Origin: Aplysia californica
Taxonomy: Eukaryota
Assembly (NCBI RefSeq): GCF_000002075.1
Contig: NW_004797463.1
Span: 366,540-428,235, forward strand
Length of the DNA stretch: 61,696 nucleotides
Direction of reading: 5' to 3'
A model generated the notes under the pieces. It did no database searches, was not told where the DNA came from, and was given only the letters and a program-made list of their open reading frames with translations. Every line of letters starts with the position of its first letter. Position 1 is the stretch's first letter. The translations under genes were made by a program, and so were the position numbers. Positions 36,801 to 51,180 of the stretch are shown here, piece by piece.

Positions 36801-39207
36801 TTCGCGGATTCACATGCTCCGCTTTCTTCTTCTTTTAAAAATCTTTTTTTTAACTACACGATTGTCAAAAATGCCTCTTCATCGGATGAATCCATTTTGC
36901 AGCCTAGCTGGGTGTGAGAGGATATCAGAACCTAGATTCTACGTGATAAGATGAAATGAGGATGAGACGTGTAAATCTTTCTACGTTGCCCTCACAACAT
37001 TGAGTCAAATGATGGGCACTATAATGAACCGGGATTACGACAGAGTGTGGTCCTACTACGTTCAGTTCATTAACGTAAGATCTTTTTATCGAATAAAATA
37101 AAGCATTTGTTCTAATTGGTCATCAATATGTGACTTGTCAGGTCCAGCTAAACTGTCCTCTTTTAACTTAATTTGCACAACTGACGTTTAGGAAATAGGT
37201 CTGTTCTTAATCGATCATACTAATCGATTTGTTCGATTATCATATAGACTTGCCTTCATCGGTTAGTATAAGTGGTATTCTTAACCCTAACCCTAATCCT
37301 AACCCTAACCTGTCTTCAAAGATTCTGTATAACAAGATGGTTCTCTCCTCTCTTTGAAATAATTAAAAAAGGTTCTTCAAAATTCGGTGGCGCCATCTTC
37401 GAAAAAGCGCCCGCTTTACGAACAGAGTTGCCCTACTTGTGTTGAAAAAAAAATCAAAGTGAAACTAACAAGTTTGTGTATAAATTATAATTAAAATTTC
37501 GGAATAACGCCTTTTTAAATGGTTTCGCTGAGAAAAATCCTCTTCAGGAGGAAGGGGTAGCTGTTTTCGTCGTTTAATTTGACTTTAGAACGAGAGGCAA
37601 GAGGACATTAAAATAAAATAAACCTAAAACCCCGCACTGAGCGAATCGGAACAGCTGATGCACAAGGGGATGCTATTGCTATTCTTCTTCTTCTGGAGAA
37701 ACGAAAGAGAGCTTCAAAACAAAGGTTGCAGCGACATCTGAACCAATGCGCGGACTTCCACGGAGACTCTTTCGGCTGAGTGAACCATCTTTTTATGTAG
37801 AATCTTTGACATCCTCTAGCAAAGCAGTCCAGTAAGCTGAATTAGGCTTTGGTTGTCTCCTCCTTCCAATTTGTCGCTTTGGCTGATCCGTTAACGCCAG
37901 GACTAGTCCATGATAACTCATGTCGTTGGCTTGAAATGGATCGACCTGTGTCCCCTGTATCAAGCAGAGACTTAAAGGCCAGGTTACACGTAATGATACA
38001 TTGTACAAAAACTGGAAGATCTAGCGATCATACGATAAATCGTCAGGTGTAACCACAAAATTGTACATAATTTGAACGATTGAACGATGGTTTGGAGACT
38101 CGGTCGAGAAATCAAGAGCTGATTGATATTTTCCGTGCGATCACGGTCAGACTTGAGGTAGACGCGCTGTGACGTAGATTCACTTTGAAATTTGCCGCAT
38201 CGCAGGACTAAACTCAAGGCTCAAAATTTTAAAAATAATTATCGTAGTTAAAAACAGATTTCATATTCGGAATCAGTGTCTCTAAATAAGCAAAGTTGCG
38301 CTCTTGGAACCTGATTTGGTGCGCTATTACGTGTATTTTACCAATTTTATCATTTAGTTGATCGTCAATGGTGAAGCTGTGCATCAAGGTCACTCGGTGC
38401 GTTGCACATCTGCAGTCAAGTCAAAGCTTCTACTTCTACACATAACACGTCACAGTATGGCCACCCTTTTCTAAAGATACTGTTCTGCTATATCAAAATG
38501 TACAGGGAAGGGTGGGGGGGGGGGGGGGGGGGGGGCTCTCGTGATCTAGAGGTACAGTGTTCGCCTTTCATTCTTTAGGTCCAGAGCTCGAAACCTTCAC
38601 ATAGAGTACAGGCAAATCTCTGTCGTTGCAAAGAGACATGGAGGTTTTATACTTTATGACGAGGAATCTCCTCGATCGAAAGAAAACTGGACGATAGATT
38701 GGAACGTGTAAACAGACAACACAGTTTGATAAAACGGACAGTTCTCTCATACGACGAATCTGATACAATTTATCGTTGCGTGTAACCGGGGCTTAAGGGT
38801 CAAGTGTCAAACATTGGTCCCATGTATAGCTAGCCAATGGAAAACAAGGATTTTCTGAAGTTTTTGTTTCGCGCGTTAAATACTCGATTAATCGATTAGT
38901 TTGGTTGAAACCGATAAGTAATCGATTGCCAAATTTGTCAATGTTGCGCAGGCCTCGATCTATTTAGGAATTGCTTTTTCTGTCCAAATATTGTAGCAAC
39001 ACACACGAGAAAAACACAATGGGTAGACGAATGTGGACACTGGTCACAAATCTTTGTTCTCAAAACGATAGATCTACTTCAAAACAAATTAGCGGGGACC
39101 ACTTAGATCTAGTAGATCAACATCAGCTTGGATAAATTAATGATCAAGTATGTACATCGGTTTGAAGCGTGGTAGTCACTTAATCAAGCAATTAAAAAAT
39201 AAACAAA

Positions 39208-39850
39208 CAATGTATAGCTTACTTGCATTGTCTTTCAAATTTTCGTTAACATTAATTCTTTCACTACATACTAAACAATCAACTATAGAAAATGAAAGAA
39301 GATTAAACTTTAAAACAATATGTAGTAGAAAAATATGATATTAGACACTATAGTATAGCATTCTCGGTTAATTTTACTTTTCTGGAAATAATTTAAAGTT
39401 ACGTACCCTGTGATTCTGTCATTTTTTACCCCCCCCCCCCCCCTTACAAAATCAAGAATACTTGAAATCGAAAAGATCTATGTGAATTTTGCAGAAACCT
39501 GACCAAATTAAGTATTACTTTGGTTGTCACTTAATCGAACAATACCCCCCCCCCCCCCCACCCCAATGTTTTGCTTACTTGCATTGTCTTTCGAATTTTA
39601 GTTAACATTGCTTCTATCACTACGTATAGAATCAACTATAGAAAATGAAAGAAGATTAAACCTTAAAACAATATGTAGTAGAAAAATATGATATTAGACA
39701 CTATACAAGTATAGTACTCTTGACTAATTACTTTTCTGGAAATAATTTAAAGTTACGTCCCCTGTTATTCTGCTATTTTAACCTCCCCTTACAAAATCAA
39801 GGATACTTGAAATCAAATAGATCTATGTGAATTCTGCAAAAACCTGACCT
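39208..39850. repeat. Local tandem duplication of ~350 bp (again at ~49427-50070)
   Basis: gcttacttgcattgtctttc...gatctatgtgaatt...aaacctgacc occurs twice in succession. Confidence 0.85.
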
Positions 39851-40393
39851 GATAGACAAAAGTTAACTACATATTCCACATTTGGAATCCGCACATCAGT
39901 TCCCAAATAACCTGACAACTTTCGCTGCTAAAAACCATTTTTAAAATATTTGACCGATGTAATGCAAAGTGCTAACAGACAACTCATTTGTCTTTGGTTT
40001 GTTTTAGTTGCGAAGTTTGAAATCAGCGTCAAAGTAATCACTATTCCAACGACAACATGCCATATTAATGCAGTTGTTTTCAACATTTGAATCGTACGTT
40101 TTCTGGGGGTTTTTCTTCTTAAATTTACGTTATTATTGTTTTGTTTCGGGAGGGAGACATAATCTACGGATTGCACAACTTGTAAAAGTAAAGGGAAACG
40201 ATCCAGAATATTTTCCCTTCTCATTCTGACTCCGAAGGGCATGAAAATGTTGTTTCCACGTGAGACTCTAGAATGGATCCTCTTGTCCAGTTGGCTGGTC
40301 ATTTGAACTATGTTGGTCCCGATGTATTTCGCCAGCTGATATCAGTGTGGTATAAAACATTTATCACATTCGTTATGGTGGTAGACCATGATT

Positions 40394-40802
40394 ACCCCCC
40401 CCCCCCCCCCCGGGGGGGGCAGTGCCACTGACTGAAGTGTCTTTAGGCCATTCCCAAAGGGGGGACATTTCTCGTTCAAGCACAGAAGAATTGTAAATAG
40501 GCTGATTCATGTCACGCTCATAACTTTGCCTGATCTAGAACAGGGAACTGCTGCTTTTTCTTTCTTAATCCTTACTATTGTCATTTTCCTCTACTTTTTT
40601 TGTATATTTGTCACTCTCTTGTGACTTGCTATTTCCGGGGTACCTTGATAGTCGAAGCAGACCTTGTGCTGTTGAAGCTAGAGAGGTGAGCAGAATAAGT
40701 CTGATTCCCTGTAAAGACTTCTCTGTTGACACCCACCCCTTGGCGCTCATATGATCTTATGCAGTTGCGAGCGCCGAAAAACCGTCTACTATAAAAAAAA
40801 AC
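40394..40802 (+). mobile_element. SINE-like element upstream of B3, 8-bp TSD CCATGATT (same insertion at ~50615-51018)
   Basis: Reverse complement of the 17071-17466 family; A-tail at ~40793-40801; CCATGATT at 40386-40393 and 40803-40810. Confidence 0.85.
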
Positions 40803-41738
40803 CCATGATTTTTTTCTACTTGTGATATTGTCATGTAATCACGAGTTTCCCATCAAAACTCATGTAATAAATTATTTTCAATCTAGCCTCAAGATTGAGG
40901 AAAAATATGGTTAAGTTGAGACAAATTGATACCAACTGCTGTGCAAATTAACCCGGTGAGCGAGAATGAAGATGAAAGTTCCGTGAACACTCCCGTTTTC
41001 TACGTGTGGTATTTCAAATAAAGTCATAAAGAAAAGGTTTCTTTAAATGCAGGCCTAGCCTCAACTTTTGTGGAAAAATGTGATTAAGTTAGGACAAATT
41101 GATACCAAATTCTGTGCAAAGTAGAGCTAACATTGATTCACTGTTAAAGAGATATTTGAGGATGGTATTCCGCCACACATTTTTGACCACACCATAATAT
41201 AGCTATAACAGATGCGATGTTATTTGCCACTGTAACCCTTATATTCCTTGCTATATCTGAAACTTTGACTCACCACAATACCTACTGATTGCCTTTACTT
41301 CTCGAATGGACACATTACTGTAAACACTCAAATTGACAAGCACACTTTGTAGGGCTTTTGACGAGTCTCATGTGTCGCTAAAGTTGATGTCTTTCAGATA
41401 ACCTCGCTCCGACTGACAGAGTGGGCCCCTACTGACACAAACAATAACAGAAACTTCAAGCAAAGAATGAGTTTGCAGTATATCATCCGACAGCACTTAA
41501 ACTGACAGTTTTAAGTTGAATAACAAGTAGGCCTACGGCCCAGGAATTCTTGGGTCACTTCATACTTCTTATCTGCGGACGTGCTATTGAAAAAAATTGA
41601 AAGTCATGAGTGGGAGGTGCCTAATCACTTCATAGAATGCAATAGGCATAATTATATACGGTTTTGTGAGTGTCGTATGGGCTATATAAAGGTAGTCATT
41701 TGTTTGCAGTCTTCACGCTTGGCATTCTATCTGGCAAA

Positions 41739-42052
41739 ATGGCATCAGCATGGTTGCTCCAGGCTCTATTCACAACGGTTTTGAGCAACGAAATTCTACA
41801 GGCAAGACAAGCGGGGACACACGACACGTTCCTTTTGGCGAACATCACTTCTGGTACACTGAGGGGAAAGGTTGACTCTGGACTTCCAGTCCCGGTGGCA
41901 ATGTTCGCTGGCATTCCCTATGCTAGAGCTCCGACAGGTGAGAGACTCTCTTTAAATTACTTTCTCTCTTTTGACACTTCGGTTTCTTCATCTCCCCACC
42001 CCACCGAACCCCAACCTATACTCTCGTTCTTCCCCCTCCTCACCCTCCCTCA

Positions 42053-42105
<53 letters not shown>

Positions 42106-44915
42106 GCCTCTCTCTAAAATGGTTTGGGAACCTGTTACGTATTTCATCTGGCCTGCCAGCCTCGAGAGCCTACAACACTAAGCACTTAGGCTACAAAGGA
42201 AGAGGAAGGCCACGCAAAAGGGGGATCGAAGATGTCAAGGAAACCGTGGGAAATCATAATATCACAACTGAAAGAGACGCTTAACATCAACACAGGATGA
42301 AAAAGTAAAAAGTAAAGTAAAGTATCTTTACAAATCAGCTGCTCTGTCTCCAGTTGAAATATTTGGAAAACTTTGAAGTCCGATACTTTTAGAAGCATAA
42401 GTTACGAACTATCTACATCTTTTGAAGTAAATACTGGTGTTAGACCAGGTTGTTTATTATAACCTGTACTTTTTGGAATTGTGGTCGATTTTGTAATAAT
42501 GTACAGAAAATACAGTGAAACAGGAAATGGATGGACAAATAGCACATAATATTTAGGAGATTTAGATTTTGCGGATGACATCTGCCTGTTAAACATCAAA
42601 GTACAAGAAGCGCAATGAAAAACAGACGAACTGACAAAAGCTGTAAGAAAAGTTGGCTTTATAATAAATGTATCTAAAACAGAAGTACTACGACTATCAT
42701 CAGAAACCACACCCATCAATCTTTATGGAGAATCTCTTGCGGAAAGGAGTAAATTCAAATACCGTGGCAGTATTATATCCAAAACTGCAGACTGTCCTGA
42801 TGTCGTCCACCAAAGACGCAGAAATACATGGATCGCTTTTGTGAAATTAAAAACTATATGGAAGTCAAAAATCATTTCATTGAAGAAGAAATTAAAAATA
42901 TATAATAGCAATATTTTGGATGTATTGACGTATGGTTCAGAGATATGGAAAACAAACAAAACAATTCAACGAAAATTGAAAAGCTTCCTAACAAAATTAA
43001 ATGTTTATAAAGAATTTTATTAATAAAAAGGAATTTATTGCAAATAATGAAGTGTTAGAAAGAGCTGGAATTGAAAATATCAACCCAACCATAAAAATGA
43101 GAAGGTGGAGATATCTAGGACATTTTCTTAGAAAGCTGAAGACAAGATTGTCCATCAGACATGGTATTGGAAACAAACTGGAAAATGAAAACGAGGTTGT
43201 GCCTCTAGAAGTTATAGAGACAAAATAAGGGATGAGGCAAGCACTCAGGGCCCGGATTTGCTGAAATTGGAGGACCTGTCCAGGGACAGACTAGCGTGGC
43301 GTCAACTGTTCTCCGCCTTATGTGCCTGACGATATAGGGAGAGAGTAAGTAAGTAAGTTATGATGTAGACGTTAATGTGATTTATTTTTCAATTTCAGGA
43401 CCACTCCGCTTTAAAGCACCTGCTTCTCCTGACAAATGGACTGGTGTCAGAGACGCCCTGGTGTTTGGGGACGAGTGTCTGCAGCGAGTGGCCGCAAATG
43501 ATGCATTCAGAGATCCAAACGCTCCTCACAGCGAGGACTGTCTCTACCTTAATGTGTACACGCCGACTAAGAGAACCAGCAGCGCTCCATTGCCCGTCAT
43601 GGTGTTTATCCACGGAGGAGGGTACAATTCTGGGTCAGGCTCATCCTATGATGCTTCCTACGTCGCATCTAAAGGAGTTGTATTTGTGACCATTAACTAC
43701 AGGCTTGATCTTTTCGGATTCCTGTCAACAGAAGATGACATTATGCCTGGAAACTATGGGATGTTGGATCAGGTCGCCGCTCTGAAGTGGGTGAAAAATA
43801 ACATTGCGTCTTTTGGAGGTGACCCAAATCTGGTCACTATTGTTGGACAAAGTGCTGGGTCGGCTAGCGTCTCTCTCCTCACTCTGTCACCGCTTGCCAA
43901 AGGTCTGTTCCACAGGGCGATCATGGAAAGCGGTTCCGCACTTTCGCCTTGGGCAGTCGAATATCCAGGAAATCGAATGACCCATCGCATTGCTGCCCGA
44001 TTGATAAGCAATGCCGTTAACTGCAATGACTTAAATAATTCATCTGCACTTTTGTCCTGCTTGCAAAAAGTAGATGCAAATACGTTGCTCAAGGCATCCC
44101 TTGGAATCACCAGAGCCGTACAAGCAACCCTCATCAATGTTCCTAGAGTAGAAACAACTTTTGGTTTTCTGCCAGACAAGCCAACTGCCTTGTTGTCTAG
44201 AGGACAATTCAGCCACGTAGATACTCTGAGGGGGTTTAATAGTGATGAATTTGGAGGAATAATTCCGGCTTTAGCTGGTCCACAACCAGTCACAAGAGAG
44301 GTGGCAAAACAGATTTGGAGAGGTCAGCTGGCACAGTTTACTGATATCGACCGGGAAAAGGTACTTAAATCGATGGAAGCAACATTTCTCACAGGTAAGA
44401 CAACCACTGACGCCATACAGAGAGGAACACTGGACGGTGTCGATTATTTTGTTTTTGGGGCTCCAATGGTATCTGAATTGGAAAAAGTTGTTAGCAAAGC
44501 TCCAGAAAAGAAACATTACTTGTACCAGTTCAACTACAGACCAAGCTTCAGCAAAGCGCCACAATGGATGTCAGCTCTACACGGGCAAGAGATGATATTC
44601 TGGTTTGACGCACAAATAAAATTGATCACCGATAAAGGCAATGGGATACCTACTCTTAACGACCGTCTGGTATCTCTAGAAATAATGGGAAGGTGGACCA
44701 ACTTTGCCAAGACAGGGAACCCTACGTCAACAATTCCTAATGCCCAAGCAACGTGGAACCAATACAGATCAGGAGCCCCGAACTACCTGCTCATCAATTC
44801 TGCTTCCGAGGCGAAACGGTTGTATTCCCCACGGGTAGCTACTGATTTTTATCGCAAAGTTCTCGATAGTCTTCAGGGACCCAGCTCAAACTCTATTACC
44901 CCCATTGTTGGGTAG
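41739..44915 (+). CDS. Secreted carboxylesterase type B, copy B3, join(41739..41937,43399..44915), 571 aa
   Basis: Same structure as B1; on the same gap-free contig as B2, with its ATG 11085 bp downstream. Confidence 0.95.
42110..43357 (+). mobile_element. Same intronic LINE pair in B3
   Basis: Near-identical to 18650-19898. Confidence 0.9.
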
Positions 44916-47734
44916 AAAATTTTAGATTCTCAATATGAAATAAATACTTCTGTAGTTATAGTTTTTGCTTTTTGGTTGTTGTTTTTTCAGTGTAGCGAAC
45001 TAATTGGCATCAGTTTTCTTCTGTTCTCCTCAGTCATATTAGGGCTGGCTTGACTCATCCAATCTATCTTTTGCTTGGCCAGACTCTGTGCCATTGCAGC
45101 TTCAGTAAAAGGTGTTATTGGCTTTCGAGGCTGGCTGACTAAGTGATATTCGTAATAGGCTGCAAACCATTTTATTTTCTATTAAACATAAAAAGAAATG
45201 CTAGGCAGACAGGACTCCGTGTCAACAGTTGCTCTTACATCTTTATTTCTCTACCTGTGTCTTCTTGTGAAGTTTAAGGTTTTTCAGGAACATTTCACCT
45301 CACAAGCAGTGACCTTACTATCGTGAGTTTTACTCAATGTCCTGGCCTGGCACAGGTGGCAAAAAGTTTATATTAATGTTAAAGTGATAAGCCTTATCTT
45401 CGTATTCATAGAGGCATCAGGCTTAGATACGAGGGATGCGAACTGATTGGTGACACTGTTAGCTTTTTAAAGTTCCTATTTCTATTTCATTACATCGGGA
45501 TCCGTTTTCAGTGAAAAGCTGATATGATACTTAAACTCCTTTACCTGAATTGTGTGTGTGATATCGATAGGAATATTCCGGGAACTTTGTTCTTGGCCAA
45601 TTTTCATTACCTTTGCTTTTGATGTGCTTATTTTCATGTCAAAATTTTAACAACTTCTGTTAAATTCGGGGGTGTGGCTTTGGAGGTTTTGTTGATTGTC
45701 TGAAAACAGTGGCTTGTTTAGTCTTTTTTGCGGGAGTTCGGTCTGCGTTTTTCATCCTTTTTTGTTCATATACATTTTTATGAAAAGGAGGGGAGATATA
45801 AGTCGTTCCTGCTGTACTCCCAATGGTACTTTGAATAGTTTTGTGTTGCTTTCATTTGTTATTATTAAACTTCTGCTGTCGGTGTACATAACTCAAATAT
45901 TCTCCAACCATTGTTCTCTGGCGCCATATAGATCCAGTGGTTTCCACAGGCTTGACTATTTTACTCTATTGGACGCCTCCTCCTGATCTATGGGTACACA
46001 TACTACACTACAAAACACACACACATACACACACACACATACATACACGCACACTTACACGCACACACATGTTAGAGGTTTGCAGTATTTGGGTAAATCT
46101 TCCTTTCTGCAGGAAGGCATACACTATAGTGCGTAAAAAAAAAACTCGTGGCACAACTCATTGTCAAATAATTCCCGGAATGTCGAATGCAAACTCTCCA
46201 GTTTTTGCATAATGACTTGCATCAATATATATTGGTAAACACCTGGTAACTGTTTTCTAGAAAATTTCTGAATAAATACTAATTTAAAAATCCCAGTAGG
46301 TGGTATCTAGAAATTCTGAAAGGTTTACACCTGAAAAAATAGGGCTTTTAAAAGCAAGTCTGTCATTTCTTTTCAAAGCAAGATATTATGCTTTTGAACG
46401 TATGTTCTGGGAATCATTAGTGCAAAAAAGTGTTCACTATTAAAATATTTCTTTTTGCGGCAAGTTTTGACATTATAAAGTGTCATTGACGAGCTGTGAG
46501 GTAAGAACGTATAGGCTTCCAAAGTGTGTGTGAAAAGCGGGAAGCGCTGGGAACAATCCCATTTTTCGAGTGACGGCCATGTATAGTATTCTATTTAGAT
46601 TGATGAAGAAATGCTTTTTATACCATACACGGGGTTGTTTTAGCATTGCGCTACTGGTAAAATAAATCCTTATAGATCTACAGACTTCAACATAAGTTAT
46701 GGACCACCTTGACAGACAAAAAAGAAAGCAAGGAATGTTTCAAAACTTTTTGCTCTGAAAGTGTTTTTGCGTTACCAATGCGTACTGCAATTAAGGGGAC
46801 AAAACCACAACGTGCAGCACAGAAATCCTCGTGGGAATTGTATCCAAATTTGCAAGTGGTCCTTAACTTAATATATTATGTTGAAGTCTGTATTTCGGCC
46901 AGCCTAAGGGCGGACAATAAATGAATCATTGATGGTCAAGGTCAAGGGTTTGTCCGCACCAAAGCAGTAGCTGGGCAGTAGCTGAGCCGAGCTGGTAAGA
47001 GCGGTTCAAGGGTGAGTCACCAGATAGCTTTGTTTGGTGGACTATATTGAGCAAGTGCTCGAAAGCCAGGCCTTAGCTTTCTTTTTGGCAGGGTGTCATT
47101 AAAGTACACATTTCCGTGCAGAGCAAAGCATTTGCTCACAGTGCCATGGCCACCAGACACTTCTTGGAAAACCAAATCAAATCAACGTCACAGATGTCAC
47201 CAGTAAATAACCCAGATATGAATCCGACAGGTATGTGAAGAATGAAGTACCATGAAACAGCAGCTGAAAAAAAGTGACCTAACTCCCAAGTAAGACCCTT
47301 TGTTTGCAACTTTCACTGACATTTACGATGAAATGACAAATAATTAAGTTCAAAATTTAATAGAGTCGATGTCTAAAGGGGTCGCGCACTACACAAAACG
47401 AGAGGCTCCTAATCAAAATAACAATGAGCAAATTTAATGTTAAGTCCAAGTTTTGTGTGGCTTTTGTGATTGCTCTGTTTTCCGTTTTGGTTGAAACTAT
47501 TGCAATAAAATAATGTTTGTTGCAGAGACAAATTCACCCTTCATTGGATATACAATGTATGTTCATTTCTATCAATATAGATACTCCTCATACACGAGAA
47601 AGACAATTTTACGTTTCTCTGATTTCGCACAATTTTTTAAGGTCAATTTTGAATGAGCATATCTCGGGCATCTCTTAACATAGACGAATAATAATTATAA
47701 GTGTATCAGATGATGCAGCATTTATTTAAGCTTT

Positions 47735-47898
47735 CTTCTTCTTCTCGATCGCATCACACTTGAAGTCCGGTATCTGTCATAAATTGGGCCGTCCTGGTCA
47801 GTTCATCTGGCGGCCCGTATAGCTTTTCTTGTAGCGTCAGTGGGGTTGGCCACGTTTCCTGTCTCAGGGCCCTGTGTGTCTTGCAGTGCTGAAGGATG
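47735..47898 (-). mobile_element. Young 5'-truncated non-LTR retrotransposon 3' end, (GAA)n tail, 11-bp TSD ATTTAAGCTTT
   Basis: Open frame ILQHCKTHRALRQETWPTPLTLQEKLYGPPDELTRTAQFMTDTGLQV*; TSD at 47724-47734 and 47899-47909; empty sites in other units. Confidence 0.9.
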
Positions 47899-50800
47899 AT
47901 TTAAGCTTTAATTTGGTAGGCTGCATGAGTGGAAAGTGCGAGGCTTTAACATGATGATTGGGTAATTACATTTTCAAGACAGTATCTTTTGGACGCCACT
48001 GTATATGAATACCCGACGCAGACAGATTCTTTCGCGGATTCACTTGCTCCGATTTCTTCTTCTTTTAACATTTTTTAAACTACACGATTGTTAAAAATGC
48101 CTCCTCATCGGATGAATCCATTTTGCAGCCTAGCTGGGTATGAGAGGATATCAGAACCTAGATTCTACGTGATAAGATGAAATGATGATGAGACGTGTAA
48201 ATCTTTCTACGTTGCCCTTACAAAATTGAGTCAAATGATGGGCACTATAATGAACCGGGATTACGGCAGAGTGTGGTCCTACTACGTTCAGTTCATTAAC
48301 ATAAGATCTTTTTATCGAATAAAATAAAGCATTTGTTCTAATNNNNNNNNNNNNNNNNNNNNNNNNNNNNNNNNNNNNNNNNNNNNNNNNNNNNNNNNNN
48401 NNNNNNNNNNNNNNNNNNNNNNNNNNNNNNNNNNNNNNNNNNAAAATTTTAAAATTATTTTTTCTCGGTTAAAAAAAATTTCTCTTTTTGGGAATCGTTT
48501 CTCTAAATAAACAAAATTGCGTTTTGGAACCCATTTTGAGGCCCATTTTTATCGTTGTTTTTTTTTACACCTTTTATAGGCCCCAAATGGGGAGAGGTTC
48601 CTCCAAGTCCACCGCGCTGGTTCCCACTCCCGCCTAAACCAAAGTGCTTTTCTTCATTCCAAAACACGTTACAGATTGGGCCCCCTTGTATAAACATTTT
48701 TGTTTCCTAAACTCAATCACCCAGGACAGGGGGGGGGGGGGGGGGGGGGGGGGGCTCTCGTGATCTAGAGGTACAGTGTTCGCCTTTCATTCTTTAGGTC
48801 CAGAGCTCGAAACCTTCACATAGAGTACAGGCAAATCTCTGTCGTTGCAAAGAGACATGGAGGTTTTATACTTTATGACGAGGAATCTCCTCGATCGAAA
48901 GAAAACTGGACGATAGATTGGAACGTGTAAACAGACAACACAGTTTGATAAAACGGACAGTTCTCTCATACGACGAATCTGATACAATTTATCGTTGCGT
49001 GTAACCGGGGCTTAAGGGTCAAGTGTCAAACATTGGTCCCATGTATAGCTAGCCAATGGAAAACAAGGATTTTCTGAAGTTTTTGTTTCGCGCGTTAAAT
49101 ACTCGATTAATCGATTAGTTTGGTTGAAACCGATAAGTAATCGATTGCCAAATTTGTCAATGTTGCGCAGGCCTCGATCTATTTAGGAATTGCTTTTTCT
49201 GTCCAAATATTGTAGCAGCACACACGAGAAAAACACAATGGTAGAGGAATGTGGACACTGGTCACAAATCTTTGTTCTCAAAACGATAGATCTACTTCAA
49301 AACAAATTAGCGGGGACCACTTAGATCTAGTAGATCAACATCAGCTTGGATAAATTAATGATCAAGTATGTACATCGGTTTGAAGCGTGGTAGTCACTTA
49401 ATCAAGCAATTAAAAAATAAACAAACAATGTATAGCTTACTTGCATTGTCTTTCAAATTTTCGTTAACATTAATTCTTTCACTACATACTAAACAATCAA
49501 CTATAGAAAATGAAAGAAGATTAAACTTTAAAACAATATGAAGTAGAAAAATATGATATTAGACACTATACAAGTATAGCATTCTCGGTTAATTTTACTT
49601 TTCTGGAAATAATTTAAAGTTACGTACCCTGTGATTCTGTCATTTTTTACCCCCCCCCCCCCCTTTACAAAATCAAGAATACTTGAAATCGAAAAGATCT
49701 ATGTGAATTTTGCAGAAACCTGACCAAATTAAGTATTACTTTGGTTGTCACTTAATCGAACAATACCCCCCCCCCCCCCCACCCCAATGTATAGCTTACT
49801 TGCATTGTCTTTCAAATTTTAGTTAACATTACTTCTATCACTACGTATAGAATCAACTATAGAAAATGAAAGAAGATTAAACCTTAAAACAATATGTAGT
49901 AGAAAAATATGATATTAGACACTATACAAGTATAGTACTCTAACTAATTACTTTTCTGGAAATAATTTAAAGTTACGTCCCCTGTTATTCTGCTATTTTA
50001 ACCTCCCCTTTACAAAATCAAGGATACTTGAAATCGAATAGATCTATGTGAATTCTGCAAAAACCTGACCTGATAGACAAAAGTTAACTACACATTTCAC
50101 ATTTGGAATCCGCACATCAGTTCCCAAATAACCTGACAACTTTCGCAGCTAAAAGCCATTTTTTAAATATTTGACCAATGTAATGCAAAGTGCTAACAGA
50201 CAACTCATTTGTCTTTGGTTTGTTTTGGTTGCGAAGTTTGAAATCAGCGTCAAAGTAATAACTATTCCAACGACAACATGCCATATTAATGCAGTTGTTT
50301 TCAACATTTGAATCGTACGTTTTCTGGGGTTTTTTCTTCTTAAATTTACGTTATTATTGTTTTGTTTCGGGAGGGAGACATAATCTACGGATTGCACAAC
50401 TTGTAAAAGTAAAGGGAAACGATCCAGAATATTTTCCCTTCTCATTCTGACTCCGAAGGGCATGAAAATGTTGTTTCCACGTGAGACTCTAGAATGGATT
50501 CTCTTGTCCAGTTGGCTGGTCATTTGAACTATGTTGGTCCCGATGTATTTCGCCAGCTGATATCAGTGTGGTATAAAACATTTATCACATTCGTTATGGT
50601 GGTAGACCATGATTACCCCCCCCCCCCCCGGGGGGGGGGGGGCCACTGACTGAAGTGTCTTTAGGCCATTCCCAAAGGGGGGACATTTCTCGTTCAAGCA
50701 CAGAAGAATTGTAAATAGGCTGATTCATGTCACGCTCATAACTTTGCCTGACCTAGAACAGGGAACTGCTGCTTTTTCTTTCTTAATCCTTACTATTGTC

Positions 50801-51180
50801 ATTTTCCTCTACTTCTTTTGTATATTTGTCACTCTCTTGTGACTTGCTATTTCCGGGGTACCTTGATAGTCGAAGCAGACCTTGTGCTGTTGAAGCTAGA
50901 GAGGTGAGCAGAATAAGTCTGATTCCCTGTAAAGACTTCTCTGTTGACACCCACCCCTTGGCGCTCATATGACCTTATGCAGTTGCGAGCGCCGAAAAAC
51001 CGTCTACTATAAAAAAACCCATGATTTTTTTCTACTTGTGATATTGTCATGTAATCACGAGTTTCCCATCATAACTCATGTAATAAATTATTTTCAATCT
51101 AGCCTCAAGGGTGAGGAAAAATATGGTTAAGTTGAGACAAATTGATACCAACTGCTGTGCAAATTAACCCGGTGAGCGAG

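Larger units (their letters stand above)
29878..40965 (+). repeat. One full ~11.1-kb tandem amplification unit (promoter + gene + 3' flank)
   Basis: The promoter block starting atgaagatgaaagt recurs at ~29881 and ~40966 on one gap-free contig. Confidence 0.85.
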
